Positions 6,560-13,423 of a DNA stretch of 37,432 nucleotides are shown here, piece after piece. The stretch lies in the IMG/VR virus record IMGVR_UViG_2724679140_000013; one strand, 5' to 3'. Every line of letters starts with the position of its first letter. Position 1 is the stretch's first letter. The notes under the pieces are model-generated. The model was not told the origin of the DNA and ran no database searches. It saw only the letters and a list, made by a program, of their open reading frames with translations. The stretch is from a virus. Its lineage: Duplodnaviria > Heunggongvirae > Uroviricota > Caudoviricetes. The translations under genes and the position numbers were made by a program.

Positions 6560-6925
6560 ATGATTCTCGCCAACGACTTTCTTGAATACCTGCTCAACAC
6601 AGAACGTGATCTTGCCGCTCGCGTGCGTGATCGTTATGACATGTACCTGAAATCCCTGCCTGTACCGCAACTCGCTGACGGAAAAATTGTTATTGATGGT
6701 CGCTACATGATTGACAGCCACGAGGGAAATTACAGGCTTTACCGCATTGAAGGTGGCACCCCGTCCGTTATTGGCATTTACCAGCGCCCATCCTCTGCAA
6801 TCGTCGATGTGATTGCCGACAGCATCCGCATCACACATCGCCATGCCGACACAGAAGACACCGTGCTGGAAATTCAGCGGCTGGCTGCCGTCTGCCGCGA
6901 CACCCTGAATGGCATGACGAAGTAA
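6560..6925 (+). CDS. Hypothetical 121-aa protein upstream of A
   Basis: SD AGAGGA; ends 6 nt before gene A. Confidence 0.6.
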   Translation: MILANDFLEYLLNTERDLAARVRDRYDMYLKSLPVPQLADGKIVIDGRYMIDSHEGNYRLYRIEGGTPSVIGIYQRPSSAIVDVIADSIRITHRHADTEDTVLEIQRLAAVCRDTLNGMTK

Positions 6926-6931
6926 ATCACT

Positions 6932-9754
6932 ATGACGGCAGAGTACATCAGGGACTGGCAACAGCCGCGCCACGCAGTGGGACGTGAAGGAACGGGGATC
7001 CCCGTTCCTGAATCCGCGCTTTCCTCCTGGCTGGATGCCTACCGGGCAGAGAACGAGCGCCGCCAGGAAATGGCTGATGCGGCGTTCTCCGCCACGCCGC
7101 TGGGCAACCTGATTAATAAAAGCCTGGATGCACAGGAAAAACAGGACAAAACCATCACACTGGCAGGAGACGCCAGAAAACAGGTACGCGGTGCGGTGGA
7201 TGAAGCCATGGCCTCGCTGCGCCTGCTGCCGTCCTATCTGCGCGATCCGCTTATTCGCCACCTCTCCTTCCTGCGCAAAAAACAGGAAGCCGATCGCCGG
7301 AAAGGCAAAAAGAGCTGGCAGGCTGAACGCTACGCGCGCGGAACCCTGCGCAAAATATTCGAACGTCTGGACCGCACCGACCACCGCTGGCTGACACCGG
7401 GTTATCGCTCCCTTGCCGGACGCGAACGCCTGGATGATTTGCTTTACCTGCCGCAGCTCAACAAGCACCAGATACAGACGCTGGCCACCATGACGGCGGC
7501 GATGTTCAGCAGCACCTTCGAAAAACTCTGCGATGGCTTTGGCGCGACTGATGGCGAGCTGACCATGGAGGTAACGCTGAAGGCGTATCAGATGCTGGCC
7601 CGCATGGCGTTACACCTGCACGCCATGCCTCCGCATTATGACGCACTGACAACAGACAAAGACCGGAGGAACGAACCGGACACGGAGTTGCTGCCGGGCG
7701 CAATCCTTCGCCTGACCTGTGCGGAATGGTGGAAACGCAAACTGTGGCTGTTACGTTGCGAGTGGCGGGAAGAACAACTCCGCGCCGCCTGTCTGGTTTC
7801 CAGAAAAACATCGCCCTATCTGAGCCAGGACGCGTTAAGCGAGTTTCGAGCACAGCGCGAGAAAACACGCGATTTCCTGAAAAGTTTCATGCTGGAAAAC
7901 GAAGACGGGTTCACGATTGATCTCGAGACGGTGTATTACGCGGGAGTAAGTAATCCGGTTCATCGTAAGGCAGAAATGATGGCCACCATGAAGGGGCTGG
8001 AACTTCTGGCCGAAGCCCGTGGCGACAAAGCGGTGTTTCTGACTGTCACCTGCCCGTCAAAATACCACGCCACAACAGAGAACGGTCATCCGAATCCCAA
8101 ATGGAACGGGGCCACCATGCGCGACTCCAGCGATTACCTGGTTAACACGTTTTTTGCGGCGGTCCGCAAGAAACTGAACCGCGACGGCCTGCGCTGGTAT
8201 GGCATCCGCACGGTGGAGCCTCACCATGACGGCACCGTGCACTGGCATATGATGGTCTTTGCTCATCCGGAAGAAATCGACACCATTGTGTCCCACACCC
8301 GCGATATTGCCATTCAGGAAGATCGTCACGAGCTGGGTGATGATATTACCCCACGCTTTAAGGCGGAGTACGTCGACGGCTCAAAAGGCACACCGACCAG
8401 CTACATCGCCACCTACATCGGGAAAAACCTGGACAGCCGTGCCGTGGATGGCATCGACCCGAAAACGGGCAAGCCACGCGTTGACCACGAAACCGGAAAA
8501 TCAATGGCCGAGAGCGTGGAACGCGCCATCGGCTGGGCGCGCCTTCACCGGGTCCGCCAGTTCCAGTTCTTTGGTATCCCCTCCCGTCAGGTGTGGCGTG
8601 AACTGCGCCGCCTTGCCAGCCAGATGGCTCGCAACCCGGAAGGACCGCAACGGCTGAAGGATGACGCAATGGACGCGGTTCTTGCTTCCGCTGATGCCGG
8701 ATGTTTTGCCACCTACATAGAGAAACAGGGCGGCGTACTTGTTCCACGCAAGGACTACCTGATTCGCACCGCCTACGACCTCGCAGATGAGCTGAACGAT
8801 TACGGTGAACAGAGCGTACAGATTTACGGGATCTGGTCACCGCTCATCGGGGAGTCTTCCCGCGTATGCACGCATCCGGACAACTGGAAGCTGGTAAGAC
8901 GCAAACCGGAAGCGGAAGACAGCGCCCGCGAAAATGGTTTTGACCTTCAGGGCGGCCCTGCCGCCCCTTGGACTCGTGGCAATAACTGTCCCCGTATACA
9001 GGAAACGGGCAACAACGGGACAGAACAGCCGGAAGAACGGCCAGCACCGTGGCCGCAGCTTCCTGACGGCGTTGACGTGAATGAATGGATGCGCTCACTG
9101 AAACGGCACGAACACCGGGCGCTGATGCGTTCGCTGCGTGACAAACAGGCAAAAAACAGCAGTGATGAAATGCAGAACTGGACACAGAGCCGCAAACAGC
9201 CACAGCCTTTGCCTGATAACCACGAGTTACTCGCTAAAGAATGGCGGGAGTCTGCTGAATCTCTCGGCCTGCATATCGGTGAACAGCAGATGCAGCACCT
9301 GTTACGGGGCGGCAGTCTGTACGTTGACGGCAGCATCATTGCACCGCAGGGATTTGAAATTGTACGCAAACCGGATACCCGCCCGGACAGCCGAATCACG
9401 CAGCTCTGGCAGCGCCTGAGCCGTAACCACGGCGTAAGCAGCACGGAGATCCGCCATAACCCGGTCGCCAGCTATCTGGAACAGCTGGGGGCATCAGACC
9501 CCGAAGCCGCCGCACGCCTGGCATCCACACTTCAGCAAGACCAGAACACCATGAAAACACCCGTTACCGTGCTTTCTGACATGCTGCGCGCCATCCGCGA
9601 CGCAGAGCACGCACAGAGAATCAGTGAAACCACTGAACGCGCCCGCCGCAAAGCAGACCTGCTGCGGGGTGGCCTGACCAGTGGAAACAAAAAACAGACA
9701 GAAACGGGATTCACAAATCCCGTAAATGAGCAAAAAACGCGCCGCGATATATGA
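6932..9754 (+). CDS. A: Rolling-circle replication initiation endonuclease (P2 gpA family), with a long C-terminal extension
   Basis: 940 aa; HUH-type motif HHDGTVHWHMMVF and paired-tyrosine motif SYIATYIGKN as in P2 A. Confidence 0.9.
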   Translation: MTAEYIRDWQQPRHAVGREGTGIPVPESALSSWLDAYRAENERRQEMADAAFSATPLGNLINKSLDAQEKQDKTITLAGDARKQVRGAVDEAMASLRLLPSYLRDPLIRHLSFLRKKQEADRRKGKKSWQAERYARGTLRKIFERLDRTDHRWLTPGYRSLAGRERLDDLLYLPQLNKHQIQTLATMTAAMFSSTFEKLCDGFGATDGELTMEVTLKAYQMLARMALHLHAMPPHYDALTTDKDRRNEPDTELLPGAILRLTCAEWWKRKLWLLRCEWREEQLRAACLVSRKTSPYLSQDALSEFRAQREKTRDFLKSFMLENEDGFTIDLETVYYAGVSNPVHRKAEMMATMKGLELLAEARGDKAVFLTVTCPSKYHATTENGHPNPKWNGATMRDSSDYLVNTFFAAVRKKLNRDGLRWYGIRTVEPHHDGTVHWHMMVFAHPEEIDTIVSHTRDIAIQEDRHELGDDITPRFKAEYVDGSKGTPTSYIATYIGKNLDSRAVDGIDPKTGKPRVDHETGKSMAESVERAIGWARLHRVRQFQFFGIPSRQVWRELRRLASQMARNPEGPQRLKDDAMDAVLASADAGCFATYIEKQGGVLVPRKDYLIRTAYDLADELNDYGEQSVQIYGIWSPLIGESSRVCTHPDNWKLVRRKPEAEDSARENGFDLQGGPAAPWTRGNNCPRIQETGNNGTEQPEERPAPWPQLPDGVDVNEWMRSLKRHEHRALMRSLRDKQAKNSSDEMQNWTQSRKQPQPLPDNHELLAKEWRESAESLGLHIGEQQMQHLLRGGSLYVDGSIIAPQGFEIVRKPDTRPDSRITQLWQRLSRNHGVSSTEIRHNPVASYLEQLGASDPEAAARLASTLQQDQNTMKTPVTVLSDMLRAIRDAEHAQRISETTERARRKADLLRGGLTSGNKKQTETGFTNPVNEQKTRRDI

Positions 9755-9804
9755 AGCGCGCATAAAACAGGCAAAAACGGGATTTCAGAATCCCGTAAAC
9801 GATT
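9688..9804. repeat. Two copies of a ~42-bp repeat, each containing a perfect 20-bp palindrome; candidate parC centromere/operator
   Basis: ACGGGATT-CACA-AATCCCGT (9704-9723, inside the 3' end of A) and ACGGGATT-TCAG-AATCCCGT (9777-9796); 73 bp centre to centre; flanks AAAACAGRCARAA and AAAYGA also repeated; immediately upstream of parM. Confidence 0.5.
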
Positions 9805-9830
9805 AATTAATCAACATAAGGAAAAGCGAC

Positions 9831-10790
9831 ATGAAAATTTGTATCGATGACGGCTCCACCAACATCAAGCTGGCATGGACTGAGAACGGCGAACGCCGCA
9901 ACGCCATCAGCCCGAACAGCTTCAAGTCGGAATGGTCTGCGCCGTTCGGTGGAACGCAGCCCGCAAACTACATGCTTGATGGCGTGCGCTATGGTTTTGA
10001 TCCGGTCAGCGATCGCTTTGTCCAGACGACCGACACGCAATACCAGTACAGCGATGTGAATGTCATTGCCATTCATCACGCGCTGGTCAAATCAGGCATC
10101 ACACCACAGGAAGTGGATGTGGTTGTCACCCTGCCACTGAGCGAATATTTCGACACCAACGCACAGCCGGACATGGCCAACATCAACCGCAAAAAAGCAA
10201 ACGTCATGCGCCCGGTGGCGTACCAGAACGGAAAAGCATTCACTATCCGTAACGTACGGGTTATGCCTGAATCCATTCCGGCTGGTTTTAAAGCACTGGC
10301 TGACATGAGTCCGTTTGAATCCCTGCTGATTGTGGATTTAGGCGGAACCACGCTGGATGTGGCAAAGGTTCAGGGACAACTGGCAGGTATCAGCCAGGTG
10401 TTTTGCGATCCACACGTAGGCGTTTCCCTGATGGCCGATGCCGTACTGTCGGTGATGGCCACTAACGGTATGCGTACCAGTCACCACATCGCCAATACCA
10501 TTATCGAACATCGCCATGATGAAGCCTGGCTGCGCCAGCACATCCACAATGACGCGCATTACGCCAGCCTGATGGCGGTTATTCGTGAAAAGGAAGAAAC
10601 ACTGAAACAACGCGTGATCCGCGCGCTGGCGGGTTTTTCGGGTTACGGGCGGGTGATGGTTGTCGGTGGAGGGGCGGAGATTGTGGCACCCGCTATCCGC
10701 GAAGCCTGCGGAGTTAATGCGACTTTCATCGCGGACGGGGTGCCACAGTTTGCTCTGGTTAACGGGCTGTACGCAATGGACAAGGAGTAA
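9831..10790 (+). CDS. parM: Actin-like plasmid segregation ATPase ParM/StbA
   Basis: 319 aa; collinear with plasmid R1 ParM as I recall it (MKICIDDGSTNIKLAW, ISPNSFKSEW, YQYSDVNVIAIHHAL, VMPESIPAG, LIVDLGGTTLDV, VMVVGGGAE). Confidence 0.9.
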   Translation: MKICIDDGSTNIKLAWTENGERRNAISPNSFKSEWSAPFGGTQPANYMLDGVRYGFDPVSDRFVQTTDTQYQYSDVNVIAIHHALVKSGITPQEVDVVVTLPLSEYFDTNAQPDMANINRKKANVMRPVAYQNGKAFTIRNVRVMPESIPAGFKALADMSPFESLLIVDLGGTTLDVAKVQGQLAGISQVFCDPHVGVSLMADAVLSVMATNGMRTSHHIANTIIEHRHDEAWLRQHIHNDAHYASLMAVIREKEETLKQRVIRALAGFSGYGRVMVVGGGAEIVAPAIREACGVNATFIADGVPQFALVNGLYAMDKE

Positions 10791-10794
10791 ACCA

Positions 10795-11109
10795 ATGACG
10801 ACACCAACCAGACGGATAAGTTTCTATCTGAAGCCAGCTGCAGTCAAGAGTGAACGGGAAGCGTGTAATTATCTCGACAGCCTGCCAGCCTCCGAACGCA
10901 GCCGCGCGCAACGCGCGGCATTTCTGGCTGGACTGGCACTCATTAAAAACGATCCTGCCTTTGCTTACTGGCTGGCTGAATGGTCAGAGGGGGAAAATAT
11001 GCCTGCCAACAATCACATATGGGGCTGGCATAACAGCGAGCCTGTTGGTTGCAAAAATCAGAATATAAGTCAAATAAAAAAGAATATTCAGGAATTTTTT
11101 CCTGAATGA
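10795..11109 (+). CDS. parR: ParR-like centromere-binding adaptor (RHH)
   Basis: 104 aa; SD AGGAG; RRISFYLKP...LDSLPASERSRAQRAAFLAGLALIKNDP parallels the R1 ParR N-terminal domain; directly downstream of parM. Confidence 0.75.
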   Translation: MTTPTRRISFYLKPAAVKSEREACNYLDSLPASERSRAQRAAFLAGLALIKNDPAFAYWLAEWSEGENMPANNHIWGWHNSEPVGCKNQNISQIKKNIQEFFPE

Positions 11110-11113
11110 TCAC

Positions 11114-11140
11114 AAAAAGCATGGCTTTCGCCATGCTTTT
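11114..11140. terminator. Bidirectional intrinsic terminator
   Basis: AAAAAGCATGGC-TTTC-GCCATGCTTTT; A-run and T-run flank the stem; lies between convergent parR and the 49-aa ORF. Confidence 0.7.
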
Positions 11141-11152
11141 AAATATCAAATA

Positions 11153-11302
11153 TCAGCTTCGCACTAGAAACGCCCAAGCTTTCCAGCCATACTCATGAGC
11201 ATCCAGCTTTCGACCAGAATCACCACGAACCTTACGGTATCGGCAAAACTGCCAACGAAATCCTTTCGGAGCCGGTTTTTTTACAATTGATTTCAAAGCC
11301 AT
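11153..11302 (-). CDS. Possible 49-aa basic mini-protein
   Basis: AAGGAGG 9 nt upstream of the ATG; MALKSIVKKPAPKGFRWQFCRYRKVRGDSGRKLDAHEYGWKAWAFLVRS; bracketed by terminators; below the ORF-track cutoff. Confidence 0.35.
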   Translation of the reverse strand: MALKSIVKKPAPKGFRWQFCRYRKVRGDSGRKLDAHEYGWKAWAFLVRS

Positions 11303-11430
11303 CCATAATCACCTCCTTACTGAGAATGATTTTTACCTTGATTATCTGCCTGGATTGACTAGAATCACAGTTGTACATGCAAAACATCAAGGTGATGATA
11401 TTTCTCAGACTATCATTCCTTTGTGTTGAA

Positions 11431-11462
11431 AAGCCCCTGACGGTTGGCCCCGTCAGGGGCTT
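11431..11462 (-). terminator. Intrinsic terminator of the toxin-antitoxin operon
   Basis: Minus strand reads AAGCCCCTGACGGGGCCAACCGTCAGGGGCTT followed by TTTCAA; begins 6 nt after the antitoxin stop. Confidence 0.65.
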
Positions 11463-11467
11463 AATAT

Positions 11468-11785
11468 TTATGCAACCTGACAGGAATGTTCTGCCGTCGC
11501 AGTAACAACCCCACCGGAATACCCAAACTTAAAATCCCACCCCAGGATGTTTAGCATGATAAACAGTCGATCAATGGTATGATTATCTAACTTACCATTA
11601 ATGATTTCGCTTACTCTTGGTTGGGTTGTTTCCAGCAATTCAGCAGCTTCTCGCTGGGTAAGACCGCGCTCCTGAATCATTTTTCGGATAATAACCATTA
11701 ATTGGGCCCGGATGTGTTTATCACTAGCTTCATTTACAGAGCTACTTGATGACGCATAAGGGTTTTTGACTACGACGAATTCCAT
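11468..11785 (-). CDS. XRE-family HTH antitoxin (HigA-like)
   Basis: 105 aa; GLTQREAAELLETTQPRVSEIINGKLDNHTIDRLFIMLNILG is the typical HigA/XRE antitoxin pattern; downstream of the toxin. Confidence 0.8.
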   Translation of the reverse strand: MEFVVVKNPYASSSSSVNEASDKHIRAQLMVIIRKMIQERGLTQREAAELLETTQPRVSEIINGKLDNHTIDRLFIMLNILGWDFKFGYSGGVVTATAEHSCQVA

Positions 11786-11855
11786 AACTCTCCAGCCTTA
11801 ATCAGCGATGTTGCTGACATTGATTATGTTATATCAGATTTGAGATACCTGCAAG

Positions 11856-12257
11856 CTATCTTAAGCCATTTTTACGACGATACTCCACTAATTGTTTGTA
11901 TCTTGCGGCAGCTGTCTCATATTCTTTTTTTGACACACCATTTGTCTTTTTCTTAAATGTATGAAGTATGTAAACAGACTCCGCAAATTTCGCAACGTAA
12001 ATCATACGATAAGAATCACTACTCTTGATGGTTAATTGCATTGCGTAGCGACCAATCGTTTCCCGCATTGATTTTTTTTGAGCAGGTGGAACCCCCAAGG
12101 CATCATCACCATCCACTGGAAAATCGAAACTGTCGAAAGAATGAGGACAATCGCTCTGCAGTGCAACAAGCTCAAAATTTATCCTTTCTCGAACAGCTTC
12201 AGGATAACTATCAATTTGTTTCTGAATTTTATCATTCCAATATGTGATGTCTTTCAC
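11856..12257 (-). CDS. Gp49/RelE-HigB-superfamily toxin
   Basis: 133 aa, GTG start with SD GAGAGG; YRMIYVAKFAESVYILHTFKKKTNGVSKKEYETAAARYKQL matches the Gp49-like RelE/ParE toxin C-terminal pattern; toxin-first order as in higBA. Confidence 0.7.
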   Translation of the reverse strand: MKDITYWNDKIQKQIDSYPEAVRERINFELVALQSDCPHSFDSFDFPVDGDDALGVPPAQKKSMRETIGRYAMQLTIKSSDSYRMIYVAKFAESVYILHTFKKKTNGVSKKEYETAAARYKQLVEYRRKNGLR

Positions 12258-12288
12258 TCAGAACCTCTCACCAACGTAACCGAACGAA

Positions 12289-12296
12289 ATTATACA
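12289..12296 (-). promoter_or_regulatory. Extended -10 element (TGTATAAT) for the toxin-antitoxin operon
   Basis: Minus strand reads TGTATAAT about 30 nt upstream of the toxin GTG. Confidence 0.45.
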
Positions 12297-12348
12297 AAGA
12301 TCTTTTTTTCGCTTAAATACATCCACTGAACGTTGATTTTAATGCAAG

Positions 12349-12370
12349 ATTGTGCACAAATTTGCACAAT
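12349..12370. promoter_or_regulatory. Operator-like half-site array
   Basis: ATTGTGC-N8-GCACAAT; contains the 10-bp palindrome TTGTGCACAA; GTGCACAAA recurs at 12434-12442. Confidence 0.4.
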
Positions 12371-12394
12371 TTTTTTGAACGACTTTTTGCCCTT

Positions 12395-12470
12395 CCGGCC
12401 CGCGTGGCGGCTGGATCCGCCAAGGATCCGTGCGTGCACAAAAAAACGCGTTTTTTCTGCGCGCAGGTGA
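12395..12470. other. Candidate cos (cohesive end / terminase recognition) core
   Basis: Position matches P2 cos (between the hotspot and Q); GCGTGGCGG matches the core of the 186-type cohesive end GGCGTGGCGGGGAAAGCAT as I recall it; GGATCCG repeated 11 bp apart; GGCGG/CCGCC dyad; palindrome AAAAAACGCGTTTTTT (12441-12456). Confidence 0.3.
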
Positions 12471-12741
12471 CGGGGGAACAGCCCGCGTTTCAGGGGGTAA
12501 ATAGCATTCCCTGAACGATGTCGCAGCGACACAACAGAATGGCTGTATCGCTCACGCTGAGCGTGAAAAATACGTAAGGGGTTCTGATTTGATGGGGTGA
12601 AAGGTAAGGCCGTCAAATCGCAATGAGACGGCGAGAACATGCTGTCAGCTCGATGGGATTGCGTAAGAGTCTGGCCATCGATGATGGCGATAAGTTGGAA
12701 GACGTCGTGAAATTATCTGATTGATACGGGAGCTGGAGAGT

Positions 12742-12766
12742 CGGGGCATAAATTTTTTATGCCCCG
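12742..12766. other. Perfect 11-bp-stem hairpin
   Basis: CGGGGCATAAA-TTT-TTTATGCCCCG; no flanking U-run on either strand. Confidence 0.5.
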
Positions 12767-12867
12767 GCGAAGCAGCAGACAAGCGAAGCGCGTCAGTGAT
12801 GCGGCACCTTGCCGACCACACTCCATAAGTGCAAAATACGAGCAAAGAAATCAATGGAGGCTGTTTT

Positions 12868-13392
12868 ATGGTCATTAATTACAAGCAGTTACGAGAAAAA
12901 CGAGAGCAGGTAAAGGAAAGTTTTCGCCGCAATGAAGATCTGACCCCGCTTGTACACCTTGCCCAGGGAATTGTTGATGCTTATGAAATCTCTCTGGAGC
13001 TGCCATCACAGACATGGACGGATAGCGACGGTAATCGCCAGCATTACGTTTCATGCGGACTGGAAACAACTGAAGGGTTTCGCAGAATGCCTTTATCTCA
13101 GATTCCTGCCGCTACCCCCAAAGCAAGGGGCGGCAATGATGAGCGAAAACTGATTTTTAGCATTGAGACAGTGGTTGACGACACACCTGGCGAAGTCGCG
13201 TTCGTGCATACTCCTCTTTCGATCGCAATGTATAACGATGAAATACAGGTTCGCGTTAATAATAATATCGTGCCACTTAAAGAAGGTAATTCACCCTACA
13301 CCACCGTTTGTGAAGCCATTCAATATTACGTTCTCTCTGAAATTGATAATCTCAAGCCTGACGGCACCCAGAAAATGGTTCAACTCTGGTAA
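12868..13392 (+). CDS. Hypothetical 174-aa orphan between the probable cos and the portal gene
   Basis: SD GGAGG 7 nt upstream of ATG 12868 (preferred to the 12829 ORF start); own terminator; no motif I recognise. Confidence 0.6.
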   Translation: MVINYKQLREKREQVKESFRRNEDLTPLVHLAQGIVDAYEISLELPSQTWTDSDGNRQHYVSCGLETTEGFRRMPLSQIPAATPKARGGNDERKLIFSIETVVDDTPGEVAFVHTPLSIAMYNDEIQVRVNNNIVPLKEGNSPYTTVCEAIQYYVLSEIDNLKPDGTQKMVQLW

Positions 13393-13397
13393 TAAGG

Positions 13398-13423
13398 ACA
13401 GCCCCATCACGGGGCTGTTTTTT
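13398..13423. terminator. Bidirectional intrinsic terminator shared by the 174-aa gene and Q
   Basis: ACAGCCCC-ATCAC-GGGGCTGT followed by T6; overlaps the last codons of Q. Confidence 0.7.

Noticed and set aside
5946-6563. 205-aa plus-strand ORF spanning the SPFH-to-A intergenic region
   Set aside because: No SD and a low-complexity Pro/Ser/Arg-rich translation. It runs through terminators, the c4-like stem and the well-supported 6260 ORF in another frame. The region is better explained as regulatory RNA.
6407-7468. 353-aa minus-strand ORF antisense to gene A
   Set aside because: A shadow ORF inside a well-supported coding region, with no SD and a compositionally odd translation.
9704-9796. 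CRISPR-like or iteron-origin interpretation of the paired palindromes
   Set aside because: Only two copies, palindromic rather than repeat-spacer in form, and no cas genes. The origin in the P2 family lies within A, and a location immediately upstream of parM favours a ParR site.
11320-11430. LexA/SOS box controlling a Tum-like antirepressor in the hotspot
   Set aside because: I could not find a CTGT-N8-ACAG dyad here or in the 2506-2564 switch. ACAGTTGTACATGC does not fit the consensus.
12623-12724. 33-aa plus-strand ORF (MRRREHAVSSMGLRKSLAIDDGDKLEDVVKLSD), faintly antitoxin-like
   Set aside because: No SD before either in-frame ATG and no adjacent toxin partner. The resemblance to VapB/RHH N-termini is too weak.
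12371-12830. Retron msr/msd-type non-coding RNA
   Set aside because: No reverse transcriptase gene anywhere in the window, and the position matches the expected cos site.
12290-12875. Minus-strand ORFs of 116 aa and 76 aa in the cos-like region
   Set aside because: No SDs, Arg/Ser/His-rich translations, and they cross hairpins and repeats. They would also run antisense through the TA promoter and the start of the 174-aa gene.
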